Both the position numbers and the translations under genes were made by a program. The notes under the pieces are model-generated. The model saw only the letters and a program-made list of their open reading frames with translations. It searched no databases and had not been told where the DNA came from. A DNA stretch of 64,000 bases from Candidatus Binatia bacterium (GTDB lineage: Bacteria; Desulfobacterota; Binatia; UBA9968; JAJDTQ01), in NCBI GenBank assembly GCA_963666515.2, contig OY762897.2, positions 2,560,001 through 2,624,000 on the forward strand. The letters are read 5' to 3'. Below, piece after piece: positions 1-11,141 of the stretch; position 1 is the stretch's first letter, and each line of letters begins with the position of its first letter.

Positions 1-15
1 CGCCTACGGCGCTGA

Positions 16-750
16 CTAGAAGGCCGCAGGGCTCTTGGCCACGGCGTCCGGAGGGCGTATGTAGTGTGGGCTCAGCGGCTCGGCCGCGGTCTCGGGAGCG
101 GCCCGGAACCTCTCTTCGGCAATCCGCGCGACCGCGGAGGCGATGGTGGGAAATTCGTCTCCGGCGGTGACCCGCGCCTGCCCGCGGGTGCATCGGGCGA
201 TCAGGTCGGCGTATGCCAGGGCGCCGTTTCCCAGGAAGACGCACGGCGCCGAGGCCAACGCGTCCACCTGCCGCACCAGGGGTTCGGGCGCCGCCACGGT
301 GTCCTCGATCAGGCACTCGAAGGCGCCGGCCGTACGACGGTACAGCGCGCCGTAGACCTCGCCCTTGCGGGCGTCCATCAACGGACAGACGAAACTCGCC
401 CCGTCATCCGCGGGCACCCGGTAGGCCGCCGCCTCGAGGGTCCGGACCCCCATCACCGGCGTGTCCGAACCGTACACCAAGCCCTTGGCCGTGCTGATGC
501 CGATCCGCAGCCCGGTGAACGAGCCGGGCCCGACCGCCACCCCCAGCAGCGAAAGATCCGGGAAATCCACCGCGGCGTTCCCAAGGACCTCCTCGATGAG
601 CGGGATGAGCCCTTCGGCGTGGTTCGAGCGGCCCGGCCGGCGGTCCTTGGCCTGCACCGACTCCCGCGCGCATTCCGCGGCGAGCCGGCCGTCTGTCAAG
701 ACCGCGGCGCTCAGCAAGGCCGTCGATGTGTCGAGTCCGAGTACCTTCAT
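16..750 (-). CDS. tsaB: tRNA threonylcarbamoyladenosine biosynthesis protein TsaB
   Basis: N-terminal VLGLDTST, GPGSFTGLRIG motif, DARKGEVY, C-terminal PxYIR. Confidence 0.95.
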   Translation of the reverse strand: MKVLGLDTSTALLSAAVLTDGRLAAECARESVQAKDRRPGRSNHAEGLIPLIEEVLGNAAVDFPDLSLLGVAVGPGSFTGLRIGISTAKGLVYGSDTPVMGVRTLEAAAYRVPADDGASFVCPLMDARKGEVYGALYRRTAGAFECLIEDTVAAPEPLVRQVDALASAPCVFLGNGALAYADLIARCTRGQARVTAGDEFPTIASAVARIAEERFRAAPETAAEPLSPHYIRPPDAVAKSPAAF

Positions 751-810
751 GCTCGTGTCCGCGGTCCCGGCGAAGAGGTCCGGGAGCCGTTCGGAGCCGG
801 CGGGAAAGCG

Positions 811-1887
811 TCAGCCGCTGAATATCCGCGCCAGATCATTGTAGAAGGCGTAGACCATCACGAAGAGCAGCACCACCAAGCCCATCTGTTGCGCCCGTTC
901 CCGCTGCCGCGCTTCCAGGGGTTTCCCGCGCACCGCTTCGATCAGGAAGAACAGCAGGTGGCCGCCGTCCAGCATGGGGATGGGCAGCAGGTTCAGCACG
1001 CCCAGGTTGATGCTCAGCAGCGCCAGCAGGAACAGGTAGTTCGCGAGCCCCCGCTGGGCCTGCTCTCCGGCCAACTGGACGATCATCACCGGGCCGCCGA
1101 GATTCGACGAGTCGACGCGCCCCACCACCATCTTCACCAGCACTTCCAGTGTGAGCAGCGAGAGCTCCACGGTGCGGGAGACCGAGAGCCACGCCGCGGC
1201 CAGCGGATTGCGCCGCTCCACCTCCACGGCCCCGGCGCTCTGAATGCCGATCAGCCAGGTCTCCTCGACCTCACCCAGGAGATTCTGCGTCTGCCCCCGC
1301 GTGGGGCTCAGGGTGACCGACAGCTCCCGCTCGCCCCGGGCCACGCCCAGGTGCATGGGACCGCCCTGGCTCGCCCTCACCTCGGCGGACAACTGGTCCC
1401 AGGAACGGATGGGCCGGTCGCCCACCATGACCACGCGGTCCCCGGCCTGCAGGCCGGCGCCTGCCGCGGGGGAACCGGCCTTGACGCCGCCGATCTCCGC
1501 GGTGCGGTAGGGCACGCCGAAGACCATGAAGACGAAGAGGAACACCGCCATGGCCAGCAGGAAGTTGGCGCCCGGTCCCGCGGCCACGATGGCGGTCCGG
1601 CTGGCCAGGCTCCGGTGCGCGAAGGACCGTTCCAGGTCCGTGGAGCCCACGTCGTCCCGGGGGTCTTCCCCCATCATCCTGACGTAGCCTCCCAGGGGGA
1701 AGGCGCTCACGCAGTATTCCGTCTCGCCGTACCGGCGGACCAGCACCTTGGGGCCGAAGCCGATGGAGAAGGTCAGCACGCCCACGCCGGCCTTCTTGGC
1801 CACGAGAAAGTGGCCCAGCTCGTGCAGGAACACCAGCACGCCGAACGCGACCACCGCGGCCGCGACCATGTAGACGACGTCGATCAC
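811..1887 (-). CDS. rseP: RIP metalloprotease RseP
   Basis: HELGH zinc motif, GPGANF, PDZ region, NLLPIPMLDGG. The GTG at 1887 overlaps the dxr stop (GTGA), so it is preferred over the ORF-track start. Confidence 0.95.
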   Translation of the reverse strand: MIDVVYMVAAAVVAFGVLVFLHELGHFLVAKKAGVGVLTFSIGFGPKVLVRRYGETEYCVSAFPLGGYVRMMGEDPRDDVGSTDLERSFAHRSLASRTAIVAAGPGANFLLAMAVFLFVFMVFGVPYRTAEIGGVKAGSPAAGAGLQAGDRVVMVGDRPIRSWDQLSAEVRASQGGPMHLGVARGERELSVTLSPTRGQTQNLLGEVEETWLIGIQSAGAVEVERRNPLAAAWLSVSRTVELSLLTLEVLVKMVVGRVDSSNLGGPVMIVQLAGEQAQRGLANYLFLLALLSINLGVLNLLPIPMLDGGHLLFFLIEAVRGKPLEARQRERAQQMGLVVLLFVMVYAFYNDLARIFSG

Positions 1888-3050
1888 CGCGCCGGACCGT
1901 TCTCCCGGGCGAGCCCTCGGGCGAACCCTCGTGCCCATTCATCGGCCTTCAGGACCTGTTGCAGGTTTCTGGGCTTGACGGACTTGTGGGACTCGACCGT
2001 CTTCCGGCTGATCTCGTGGATCTGGCGAAAACCGATACGCCCGTCCAGGAAGGCGGCCACCGCCACCTCGTTGGCGGCGTTGAGAACGGGCGGGACCGTA
2101 CCGCCCCGGGCCAGGGCCTGGTAGGCCATGTCCAGGGCCGGATAACGCCGGTTCTCCACCTTCATGAACGTGAGATCCCCTTCCTTCTGCAGGTTCAGCG
2201 GCGCCAGCCCGACATCCAGCCGTTCGGGGTAGGACAGCGCGTAGGCGATGGGAATGCGCATGTCGGGGATGCCGAGCTGGGCCATGACCGCGCCGTCACG
2301 GTAGCGCACCATGGAGTGGACGATGCTCTGGGGATGGATGGTCACCTCCACCCGCTCCGCGGGCACGCCGAACAGCCAGCGGGCCTCGATCACCTCCAGC
2401 CCCTTGTTCATCATGGTGGCCGAATCGATGGTGATCTTGGGCCCCATCTTCCAGGTGGGGTGCTGCAGCGCCTGCTGGACGGTGACACGGCGCATCTCCC
2501 GGAGCGGCGTGCGCAGGAACGGTCCTCCGGACGCGGTCAGGATGATCTTGTCCACGTCCTCGCGACGGTTGCCTTCGAGACACTGGAACACCGCGCTGTG
2601 CTCGCTGTCCACCGGCAGGAGCCGCACGCTCCGCTTCCGCGCCTCGCGAACGAACAGCTCGCCGGACATGACCAGGGCTTCCTTGTTGGCGAGCCCCACG
2701 TCCTTGCCCGCCTGCACCGCGGCGAAGGTCGGCACCAGTCCCGCGCCGCCCACGATGGCCGCCAGCACGAAGTCCGCGGAGGGCTCGGTCGCCGCGGCCA
2801 CCGCCCCTTCCTCGCCGTAGACCAGCTCGACCCTGCGCCGCCCGATGAGCTTGCGCAGGGCGGCGACGTCGTCCCGGTCGCTGACGCTGACGATGCGCGG
2901 GGCGAACTCGGCCACCTGGCGGGCCAGCAACTCCAGGTTGCGCCCGGCCACCAGGCCGGCGACCTTGAACCGGCGCTTGAAGGTGCGGATGACGTCGAGG
3001 GCGTTGACGCCGATGGTTCCGGTGGATCCCAGAATGACGATGGATTTCAT
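1884..3050 (-). CDS. dxr: 1-deoxy-D-xylulose-5-phosphate reductoisomerase
   Basis: ILGSTGTIG, LANKE, LPVDSEH, MGPKITIDSATMMNKGLE. ATG at 3050 overlaps the cdsA stop. Confidence 0.97.
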   Translation of the reverse strand: MKSIVILGSTGTIGVNALDVIRTFKRRFKVAGLVAGRNLELLARQVAEFAPRIVSVSDRDDVAALRKLIGRRRVELVYGEEGAVAAATEPSADFVLAAIVGGAGLVPTFAAVQAGKDVGLANKEALVMSGELFVREARKRSVRLLPVDSEHSAVFQCLEGNRREDVDKIILTASGGPFLRTPLREMRRVTVQQALQHPTWKMGPKITIDSATMMNKGLEVIEARWLFGVPAERVEVTIHPQSIVHSMVRYRDGAVMAQLGIPDMRIPIAYALSYPERLDVGLAPLNLQKEGDLTFMKVENRRYPALDMAYQALARGGTVPPVLNAANEVAVAAFLDGRIGFRQIHEISRKTVESHKSVKPRNLQQVLKADEWARGFARGLARENGPAR

Positions 3051-3823
3051 GACGACACGAACCGCAGGCAGTAGACGCTCAGGACTCCGGGAAAGATGAG
3101 GCTGTCGAGCCGATCCATCAGGCCGCCGTGGCCGGGAAGGAGCCCGCCCGAATCCTTGACCGCGAAGCCCCGCTTGATCACCGATTCGAACAGGTCGCCG
3201 ACCTGGGCGACGAGGGCGACCGCCAGGGAAAACGGCAGCGCCTGGACGGGCGGCAACGCCAGCAGCCACCAAGCCGCCAGCCATCCGGCGGCGACTCCCG
3301 CCACGGTGGCGGCCACCGACCCTTCAACGGTCTTCCCGGGGCTGAGGGAAGGATACAACTTTCTTCGGCCCAGGGCCACACCGGCAAAGTAGCCGGCGCT
3401 GTCGGCCGTGAAGACGACGATCAGCAGCCACAGCACCCACTCGTACCCGTCACGGTAAAGGACCGCGAAATGGGGGAACAGATAACCCAGGTACAAGGCC
3501 CCGGCCAGAGCCAGGCCCAGGCCGCGGCAACGCTCCTCCACCGGTCCGCCGGTAAAGATGAACACCGTGCAAAGGCCCGCCACGACCACCGGCAGGAGCC
3601 CCGAAAACTCCGGGACCACCAGGGTCAGGGACAGCAGCATGCCGGCGGCGATACCGGCGAGCCGCACCCCTCCCTGGTCCGGAAAGGCCATGCGGAAGTA
3701 CTCATGGAGGGCGACGACGGTGAGAACCTCGATGAACGACGCGAACAGCCAGACGCTGTCCAGGACGATGATCCCGACGACGACGGGGATCCCGGCCAGC
3801 GCGGTCAGTACCCGGGTGCGCAT
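3047..3823 (-). CDS. cdsA: phosphatidate cytidylyltransferase
   Basis: SPGKTVEG, GDLFESVIKR...KDSG.LLPGHGGLMDRLDS; operon context. Confidence 0.95.
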   Translation of the reverse strand: MRTRVLTALAGIPVVVGIIVLDSVWLFASFIEVLTVVALHEYFRMAFPDQGGVRLAGIAAGMLLSLTLVVPEFSGLLPVVVAGLCTVFIFTGGPVEERCRGLGLALAGALYLGYLFPHFAVLYRDGYEWVLWLLIVVFTADSAGYFAGVALGRRKLYPSLSPGKTVEGSVAATVAGVAAGWLAAWWLLALPPVQALPFSLAVALVAQVGDLFESVIKRGFAVKDSGGLLPGHGGLMDRLDSLIFPGVLSVYCLRFVSS

Positions 3824-3858
3824 CTGCGTAAACCCATGTCAGAGAGAGGACACCGGCC

Positions 3859-4602
3859 TCAACTCTCCAGGAGCTGCTCGTCCGTCTTGCCGAACCGGCG
3901 CTTCCGCCGCTGAAATTCCAGCAGCGCCTTGATGTACTGTTGCTCGGAGAAGTCGGGCCAGAGCGTGGGCGTGATGTACAGCTCGGTGTAGGGTATCTGC
4001 CAGAGGAAGAAGTTGCTGATGCGCATCTCCCCGCTGGTGCGGATCAGCAGGTCCGGGTCCGGGATGGGTCCGGTCTCGGTGTTGGCGGCGATCATGGACT
4101 CGTCGATCTCCTCTGGGCTGCACTGCCCGGCCTTCACCTTCCGGGCGATGTCCCGCACCGTCTTGACGATGTCGCTGCGGCCGCTGTAGCTGAGGGCCAG
4201 GATGACCGTGATGGCGGTGTTGTTGCGGGTGAGACGGATGTTGCGGTCGAGGACCCGGCGCACGGAGACGGGCAGGCGCTTGCGGTCGCCGATGGCCACG
4301 AGGCGGACCCCTTCGCGCATCATGCGCTCCCGCTCGCCCTGCAGGTAGTCCTCCAGGAGTCCCATCAAACCCTCGACCTCGTCGTGGGGCCGGTTCCAGT
4401 TCTCGGATGAGAATGCGTAAAGCGAGAGGTAGCGAATGCCGAGGTTGCGGCTCAACTCCACCGCGGTCCTGACCGCCGCCGTCCCTTCGCGGTGACCTTC
4501 GAGACGGCTCTTGCCGCGAAGCCTGGCCCAGCGGCCATTGCCGTCCATGATGATCGCGACATGGGTGGGCAACCGACTCTTTTCCAGCCCGTGGAGATCC
4601 AC
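3859..4602 (-). CDS. uppS: undecaprenyl diphosphate synthase
   Basis: HVAIIMDGNGRWA, YAFSSENW, DLLIRTSGEMRISNF. GTG at 4602 overlaps the frr stop. Confidence 0.95.
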   Translation of the reverse strand: MDLHGLEKSRLPTHVAIIMDGNGRWARLRGKSRLEGHREGTAAVRTAVELSRNLGIRYLSLYAFSSENWNRPHDEVEGLMGLLEDYLQGERERMMREGVRLVAIGDRKRLPVSVRRVLDRNIRLTRNNTAITVILALSYSGRSDIVKTVRDIARKVKAGQCSPEEIDESMIAANTETGPIPDPDLLIRTSGEMRISNFFLWQIPYTELYITPTLWPDFSEQQYIKALLEFQRRKRRFGKTDEQLLES

Positions 4603-5159
4603 TAGACTTCCATGATCTCCTCTTCCTTGGCCTTGAGGAACCCGTCCACCTTGCTGACGAACTCGGCGGTGATCTTCTGGATGCGGTCCTGCCCCTGCTT
4701 GACCTCGTCCTCGGTGATCTCCTTGCCCTTCTGCCTTTCCTTCAACCCGTCGATGGCGGAGCGCCTGTGGTTTCGCACCGAGACGCGAAAATCCTCGGCG
4801 GTCTTGCGTACCTGCTTCACCAACTCCTTGCGGCGCTCGCCGCTCAGCTCCGGTATCGGCACCCGGATCAACTGGCCGTCGTTGGCCGGGGTGAGGCCGA
4901 GGTCGGCCTTCAGGATGCCCTTCTCGATGCCGGCGATGGCGTTGCGGTCGTAGGCCTGGATCGTCACCAGCCGGGGCTCGGGCACCGCGATGGTGGCGAT
5001 CTGGTTCAGCGGGGTCTGGGTGCCATAGTACTCGACCGTGACGCCCTCGAAGAGGGAAGCCGAAGCCCGTCCTGTGCGCACGCGTCCCAGCTCCCGGCGC
5101 ATGGCCGCCAGGGTCTTCTCCAGTTCTCCCTGAAACTCGGTGTAGAAGGCGTCGTCCAT
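4602..5159 (-). CDS. frr: ribosome recycling factor
   Basis: RTGRAS, YYGTQTPLNQIA, IPELSGERRKELVK, KAKEEEIMEV. Confidence 0.97.
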   Translation of the reverse strand: MDDAFYTEFQGELEKTLAAMRRELGRVRTGRASASLFEGVTVEYYGTQTPLNQIATIAVPEPRLVTIQAYDRNAIAGIEKGILKADLGLTPANDGQLIRVPIPELSGERRKELVKQVRKTAEDFRVSVRNHRRSAIDGLKERQKGKEITEDEVKQGQDRIQKITAEFVSKVDGFLKAKEEEIMEV

Positions 5160-5166
5160 CTTTCAC

Positions 5167-5910
5167 CTATGAGCTTGCGTCGCGATCGCCGACGCCTACC
5201 AGCGTGCCGATGGGCTGACCGCTCACCACCTTGCGTATGTTGCCTCTCTCCATGACGTTGAAGACGATGATGGGGAGGCTGTTGTCCATGCAAAGCGAAA
5301 TGGCGGTGGAGTCCATCACCTTGAGCTCCTTGCTCAGCACCTCCATGTGGGTCAGCTCCCGGAAGAGCTTGGCCTCGTGGTTCTTCAGCGGGTCGGTGTC
5401 GTACACGCCGCGGACCTTGGTGGCCTTCAGGATGACTTCGGCGCCCACCTCCATGGCCCGCAGGCTCGCGGTGGTGTCCGTGGTGAAATAGGGATTGCCG
5501 GTTCCGCCGGCGAAGATGACGACCCGGCCCTTCTCCAGGTGCCGGACCGCCCGCCGGCGGATGTACAGCTCCGCCACCTGACGCATCTCGATGGCCGACA
5601 TGACCCGGGTCGAGACGCCGATCTTTTCCAACGCGTCCTGGAGGGCGATGCTGTTGATGACCGTGGCCAGCATGCCCATGTAGTCGGCGCTGGCCCGGTC
5701 GATGCCGTGGTCGCTGGCCTCGGCCCCGCGCAGGATGTTGCCGCCCCCGATCACCAGCGCGACCTCGCAGCCGAGATCGTGGACCTCGCGGATCTCTTCG
5801 ACGAACCGCGTGACCGTGGCCGGATCGATGCCGTACTGGCGCTCCCCTGCGAGGACCTCCCCGGTGATCTTCAGAATGACTCGCTTGTATCTCAGATCCA
5901 CGGCGGTCAT
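5167..5910 (-). CDS. pyrH: UMP kinase
   Basis: [33 protein letters not shown]. Confidence 0.97.
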   Translation of the reverse strand: MTAVDLRYKRVILKITGEVLAGERQYGIDPATVTRFVEEIREVHDLGCEVALVIGGGNILRGAEASDHGIDRASADYMGMLATVINSIALQDALEKIGVSTRVMSAIEMRQVAELYIRRRAVRHLEKGRVVIFAGGTGNPYFTTDTTASLRAMEVGAEVILKATKVRGVYDTDPLKNHEAKLFRELTHMEVLSKELKVMDSTAISLCMDNSLPIIVFNVMERGNIRKVVSGQPIGTLVGVGDRDASS

Positions 5911-5924
5911 TCGGTGGGGGCTCC

Positions 5925-6530
5925 CTACTCCTTCATGCCCTCGCCCACGGAATAGCGAACGAAACGCCTGACCCGGATGTTCTCGCCCAGACGGGCGATG
6001 GCGTCCTGTATGATGTCCTGGACCCGGCGGGTGGGCTCCTTGATGAAGGCCTGCTCCATGAGGCAGGTCTCCTGGAAGAAACGCTCCATCTTGCCGTCGA
6101 CGATCTTCGCCAGCACGGGCTCGGGCTTGTTCAGTTCCTCGGCCTGTTGCCGGTAGATGCCCTTCTCCCGTTCCAACTCCTCGTCCACGACTTCCTCGCG
6201 ACGGACGTAGCGCGGGCTGGAGGCCGCGATCTGCATGGAAAGATCCTTGACCAGGGCCTGGAACTCCTCGGTCCGGGCCACGAAGTCCGTCTCGCAGTTC
6301 ACCTCCAGAAGCACCCCGATCTTGTTGCCGGCGTGGATGTAGGCGCCGACCAACCCTTCGCTGGCCTCACGCTCCGCCTTGCGGGCCGCCAGCGCCAGTC
6401 CCTTCGCTCTCAGGTGATCCACGGACTTTTCGAAGTCGCCCTCGCACTCCATGAGGGCCTTCTTGCAGTCCATGAACCCCGCGCCCGTCTTGTCTCTCAA
6501 CTGCTTGACTACACTCGCATCGATGGCCAT
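5925..6530 (-). CDS. tsf: elongation factor Ts (short form)
   Basis: [29 protein letters not shown]. Confidence 0.97.
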   Translation of the reverse strand: MAIDASVVKQLRDKTGAGFMDCKKALMECEGDFEKSVDHLRAKGLALAARKAEREASEGLVGAYIHAGNKIGVLLEVNCETDFVARTEEFQALVKDLSMQIAASSPRYVRREEVVDEELEREKGIYRQQAEELNKPEPVLAKIVDGKMERFFQETCLMEQAFIKEPTRRVQDIIQDAIARLGENIRVRRFVRYSVGEGMKE

Positions 6531-6536
6531 GCTCGC

Positions 6537-7496
6537 TCAACTCCCCGTCACGGTCGGCGCGTCCGTGGATTTCTCTGGATCGGTGTTTTCCTCAACGGCT
6601 TCCGGAGCCGCTGCCGGCGTTGCTTCAGCTTCCGGTGCCGCGGCCGGTGTTGCTGCCGCTTCCGGCGCGGGGGCCGGCGCCTGCACAGCCGCTGCTGCGG
6701 GCTCGGCTGCCGCTGCCGCCGGCTCCGTCTCCGCTACCGCCTCTTCGGCCGGCTCCTCCTCCGCGACGGCCTCGGCCTGTGCGGCTTCCGCCTCCGTCCT
6801 CGCCTGGTCGCACAACGCCTTGCCCTCGTTGACGGCTTCGGCCATGAGGCTGCAGAACAGCCGGATGGCGCGAATCGCATCGTCGTTGCCCGGGATCTTG
6901 TAGTCCACGAGGTCCGGGTCGCAGTCGGTGTCGATGATGGCGATGACCTTGATGCCGAGCTTGCGCGCCTCGCGCACCGCGATGGCCTCCTGTCCGGGAT
7001 CGATGATGAACACCGCGTCCGGCAACTTCCTGATGTCCTTGATCCCCCCGAGGGCGCGTTCCAGCTTGGCCTGCTCGCGGCTGTGCGAGAGCATTTCCTT
7101 CTTGGTCAGCGCCTCGATGATCTTGGGGTCGTTGGCCATCTCCTCGAGCTTCTTGAGGCGTTCGATGCTCTGACGGACCGTCTGGAAGTTGGTCAGGGTG
7201 CCGCCCAGCCAACGGTGATGGACGTAGGACATGCCGCAGCGTTCCGCCTCTTCACGGACCGAATCCTGGGCCTGCTTCTTGGTGCCCACGAACAGGACGT
7301 GGCCTCCGCCCGTGATCAGGTCCCGAACATAGGCGCAGACGTCCTTGACCATCCTCACGGTCTGCTGCAGGTCGATGATGTGAATCCCGTTTCGCGCCCC
7401 GAAGATGTAGGGCTTCATCTTGGGATTCCAGCGACTGGTCTGGTGTCCGAAATGGACCCCGGCTTCCAGAAGCTGCTTCATGGATACATCCGTCAT
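6537..7496 (-). CDS. rpsB: 30S ribosomal protein S2 with Ala/Glu/Pro-rich tail
   Basis: [40 protein letters not shown]. Confidence 0.98.
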   Translation of the reverse strand: MTDVSMKQLLEAGVHFGHQTSRWNPKMKPYIFGARNGIHIIDLQQTVRMVKDVCAYVRDLITGGGHVLFVGTKKQAQDSVREEAERCGMSYVHHRWLGGTLTNFQTVRQSIERLKKLEEMANDPKIIEALTKKEMLSHSREQAKLERALGGIKDIRKLPDAVFIIDPGQEAIAVREARKLGIKVIAIIDTDCDPDLVDYKIPGNDDAIRAIRLFCSLMAEAVNEGKALCDQARTEAEAAQAEAVAEEEPAEEAVAETEPAAAAAEPAAAAVQAPAPAPEAAATPAAAPEAEATPAAAPEAVEENTDPEKSTDAPTVTGS

Positions 7497-7587
7497 AACG
7501 CCAGAACCTCGAATTCTACGTAGTTCAACATCCTGTTGTCCTGTCTATCAAACCTGGGTGATCTTGCAAGGGAACTCCGGGAAGCCC

Positions 7588-8949
7588 CTATGTGTTCATG
7601 GACTCCAGAAATTCCTTGTTGTTCTTGGTGCCGTGGAGCTTGTCGATGAGGAACTCCATCGCCTCCACCACGTTGAGCTGGGACAGCACCTTGCGGAGGA
7701 TCCAGATGCGGTTGAGGTCCTCCTTGGGGATCAGCAGCTCTTCCTTGCGGGTGCCGGACTTGTTGATGTCCACGGCCGGGAACACGCGTTTGTCCATCAG
7801 CCGGCGGTCCAGGTTGATCTCCATGTTGCCGGTTCCCTTGAACTCCTCGAAGATCACCTCGTCCATGCGGCTCCCGGTGTCGATCAGGGCCGTGGCGATG
7901 ATGGTGAGGCTACCGCCGTCCTCGATGTTCCGCGCCGCGCCGAAGAACTTCTTGGGCTTGTGCAGCGCGTTGGAATCGACGCCGCCGGAGAGGATCTTGC
8001 CGCTCGGCGGCACCACGGTGTTGTAGGCCCGCGCCAGGCGGGTGATGCTGTCGAGCAGGATGATGACGTCCTTGCCGTGCTCCACCAGCCGCTTGGCCTT
8101 CTCGATGACCATCTCGGCCACCTGGACGTGGCGCGTCGCCGGCTCGTCGAAGGTGGAGCTGACCACCTCCCCGATCACAGACCGCTGCATGTCGGTGACC
8201 TCTTCCGGGCGCTCGTCGATGAGCAGGACGATGAGGACCGCATCCGGGTGGTTGTCGGCAATGGCCTTGGCGATGTTCTGCAGCATCATGGTCTTGCCGG
8301 TCCGCGGCGCCGCCACCACCAGACCCCGCTGCCCCATGCCGATGGGCGTCAGCAGGTCGATGAAACGCGTGGTGTACTCGTCCGCCTGGTGCTCCAGCGT
8401 GATGCGCTTGTCGGGATAGAGCGGGGTGAGGTTGTCGAAGAGGATCTTGTCCCGGACCTTGTCGGGGTCGCCGTTGTTGATGGTCTCGACCTTGAGGAGC
8501 GCGAAATAACGCTCGCCGTCCTTGGGAGGCCGGATCTGGCCGGAGATGATGTCTCCGGTGCGCAGGCCGAAGCGCCTGATCTGGCTGGGAGAGACGTAGA
8601 TGTCGTCCGGGCCGGGAAGGTAGTTGTAGTCCGGCGCTCTCAGGAAGCCGAACCCGTCGGGCAGGGTTTCCAGGACCCCCTCTCCGTACACGTAGCCGTT
8701 CTTCTCGGTCTGCGCCTGCAGGATGGCGAATATCAGGTCCTGCCGGCGCATGTTCGCCGCGCTCTCGATGCTGAAACCCTTGCCGATATTGGCCAACTCG
8801 GCGATCTTCTTGGCCTTGAGCGAGCTGAGGTTCAAGCCGTTCTGGTGCAGCGGCTCCGCCGCCGCAGCCGCCCGGCCCCTGCGATGGTTCGGAGCCGTTT
8901 CGCTCTTGGTCTCGACTTCTACCGCGGAGCGCGTTCGTACATTAGCCAT
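7588..8949 (-). CDS. rho: transcription termination factor Rho
   Basis: [26 protein letters not shown], Walker [31 protein letters not shown] before ATG at 8949. Confidence 0.98.
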   Translation of the reverse strand: MANVRTRSAVEVETKSETAPNHRRGRAAAAAEPLHQNGLNLSSLKAKKIAELANIGKGFSIESAANMRRQDLIFAILQAQTEKNGYVYGEGVLETLPDGFGFLRAPDYNYLPGPDDIYVSPSQIRRFGLRTGDIISGQIRPPKDGERYFALLKVETINNGDPDKVRDKILFDNLTPLYPDKRITLEHQADEYTTRFIDLLTPIGMGQRGLVVAAPRTGKTMMLQNIAKAIADNHPDAVLIVLLIDERPEEVTDMQRSVIGEVVSSTFDEPATRHVQVAEMVIEKAKRLVEHGKDVIILLDSITRLARAYNTVVPPSGKILSGGVDSNALHKPKKFFGAARNIEDGGSLTIIATALIDTGSRMDEVIFEEFKGTGNMEINLDRRLMDKRVFPAVDINKSGTRKEELLIPKEDLNRIWILRKVLSQLNVVEAMEFLIDKLHGTKNNKEFLESMNT

Positions 8950-9096
8950 GAAACTTCCTTTCAATCACGCTGCCGGCGGCCTGTCGAACCGGACAAGAAG
9001 CGACGGCGAAGCAGGACAAAACGGAACGATTTGTAGCAATGATTGATAAAGCGGATTGGATCGGAAACGATTGGTTAAGGCGCCGTGGCCGGAAGC

Positions 9097-10068
9097 CTAG
9101 ATACTAGGTGAAACAGGGGGCTTTGTCAAGCATGCCCCGGCCGGGCCCTCTGCGGCGTTGCGGCTCAGCGCCCCGCGGGCCTGGACCACGTCTTCTTCGA
9201 TCTGCCGGACCAGTCCTTCGACCGACGGAAAGTTCCGCTCCTCCCGGAGTCTTTCCACGAAGGAGACCTTCAGTCGGCGGCCGTAAAGGTCCTCCTCGAA
9301 ATCCAGTATGTGAGTCTCGATGGTCCTCGGCCCCGACCCGAACGTGGGGTTCACCCCGATGCTGGTGACGCTGTGCAGTTGCCGGCCGCCCACCCGAACC
9401 AGCGTCGCATAGATCCCGTTGGCCGGCACCACCTCCGTCCGGCTACGCACGTTGGCGGTGGGGAAGCCGAGTTCCCGGCCTCGTTGATGACCCTTGACGA
9501 CGGACCCTTCGATGAAATGGCAACGACCGAGCTGCCGGCGCGCGACGTCCACTCGCCCCTCTTCGAGCAACGCCCGGATACGGCTGCTGCTGATGGCGCG
9601 GTCCGATTCCGCCACGGCTCGAATGACCTCCACCTCCATCCCCGCGGCCGGGCCCCAGGTCATGAGATCCTCGACCTTGCCGGCCCTGTCCTTGCCGAAA
9701 CGAAAATCTTCTCCAACCCACAGCCTCTCCACCCCGAGCCGCACCAGGTACCGGCTTACGAAGGCACGCGCCGACAACGCGCAAAAGCCCGGCGTGAAGC
9801 GCTGGATCACCACGCAGTCGATGCCGACGCGCCGCAACAGCGCCAGCTTGTCCTTGCGCGCCAGGATCAACCGCGGCGCGAACCTCGGGGCGAGAATCTT
9901 CAACGGGTGGGGCTCGAAGGTCAGCACCACCGCGGCTCCTCCGCGTGACCGCGCGTCTTCCATCACGCGGCGCAACAGGTCCTGGTGTCCCAGATGCACC
10001 CCGTCGAAGTTTCCAATGGTCATGACGGGACGAACAAGGGGGTGCTTGACGTGCCGCAAAATCTGCAT
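9097..10068 (-). CDS. ribF: bifunctional riboflavin kinase/FAD synthetase
   Basis: IGNFDGVHLGHQ, TFEPHP, ISSSRIR, GRELGFPTAN. Confidence 0.96.
   Translation of the reverse strand: MQILRHVKHPLVRPVMTIGNFDGVHLGHQDLLRRVMEDARSRGGAAVVLTFEPHPLKILAPRFAPRLILARKDKLALLRRVGIDCVVIQRFTPGFCALSARAFVSRYLVRLGVERLWVGEDFRFGKDRAGKVEDLMTWGPAAGMEVEVIRAVAESDRAISSSRIRALLEEGRVDVARRQLGRCHFIEGSVVKGHQRGRELGFPTANVRSRTEVVPANGIYATLVRVGGRQLHSVTSIGVNPTFGSGPRTIETHILDFEEDLYGRRLKVSFVERLREERNFPSVEGLVRQIEEDVVQARGALSRNAAEGPAGACLTKPPVSPSI
9101..9129 (-). promoter_or_regulatory. sigma70-type promoter for rho, inside the 3' end of ribF
   Basis: TTGACA-17 nt-TAGTAT on the minus strand. Confidence 0.65.
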
Positions 10069-10159
10069 CGTGTTCCTGGAAGGATGCCCGCACGGGCCGG
10101 ATCAAGGCCGGGTCCGGGAATCCGCCGCTCACGCTCGCGGAAAATCCGGCTGCCCGGGA

Positions 10160-11053
10160 TCAGGTGTCCAGGGCTCGAATCTTCTCTTGCGCCTTTTCGG
10201 CTTCTTTGGATTGCGGGTAGCGATTGATGACTTCCTGGAGAATGAGCCTTGCATCGACCCGATTCCCCAGCTCGGCGAAAGCGTAGCCTATCTTGAGCCA
10301 GGCCGCCGGGACCTTGTCGCCCTTCGGGTATTTCTTGCGGACCACGTCGAATTCCAGAATGGCTTCGTCGAACTCCTTGAGCGCATAATAACTTTCGCCG
10401 ATCCAGTACTGCGCGTTGTCCGTCAGGTTGCTGTCCGGAAACATTTCGACGAACTTCTTGAACCGTTCGATGGCGCCGCGATAGTCCCTTTCACGCAGGC
10501 GCTTCCACGCATCTTCGTAGTCCTGCTGGGCGGCCGCGGCCTGGTCGCCGCCCGGCGTCTCGCCCCCGGATACGCCCGGTCCGGGAGCCGCGGTCACGGG
10601 AGCTCCCGTTTCCGGCGTCTCGGCCGCGGGACTCGCGGGCGTCTCGCCGGTCTTCAGGACGGCGTCCCGCAACAGGCGAAGCTCATCCTCACGCACCTTC
10701 AACAGTTCGCGCTGGGTCTTGACCTCCGCCTCCAGGGCCGCCAACCGGCGGAGCAGCTCCGCCACGTCTCCGGAACCGGCGCCCTGGCCCGTTCCGCTCC
10801 GCATTTCCTCGACGGCACCCTCCGCGGCGTTCAAGCGCCCCCGCATGGAGGCGACCTCCGCCCGGGTATCGGCCAACTGCTTGCGGGTCTGGTCGAGTTG
10901 CGCCGACAGGTTGTTCAACACCGCCCACTCGCGCTCGGTCAACGACGCCTGGCCATGAGGCACGGGCGCCGCATGATAGTCCACGGTGCAGCCCCATAGC
11001 GGGACCAGCAGGATGAAGCCTGAAGCGGTCCGGGCAAAGATTGACATCGACAT
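10160..11053 (-). CDS. cpoB: tol-pal system protein CpoB/YbgF
   Basis: Lipobox-like LWGC, coiled coil, TPRs (NAQYWIGESYY, KVPAAWLKIG); downstream of pal. Confidence 0.9.
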   Translation of the reverse strand: MSMSIFARTASGFILLVPLWGCTVDYHAAPVPHGQASLTEREWAVLNNLSAQLDQTRKQLADTRAEVASMRGRLNAAEGAVEEMRSGTGQGAGSGDVAELLRRLAALEAEVKTQRELLKVREDELRLLRDAVLKTGETPASPAAETPETGAPVTAAPGPGVSGGETPGGDQAAAAQQDYEDAWKRLRERDYRGAIERFKKFVEMFPDSNLTDNAQYWIGESYYALKEFDEAILEFDVVRKKYPKGDKVPAAWLKIGYAFAELGNRVDARLILQEVINRYPQSKEAEKAQEKIRALDT

Positions 11054-11141
11054 GAAGCCCTCTCACGAACGGAGAAGCGGCGCGGCCGGGAGCGGTATCG
11101 AACGCGATGTGGACGCGGGCGGGCTTGGAAACCCCATGCAA

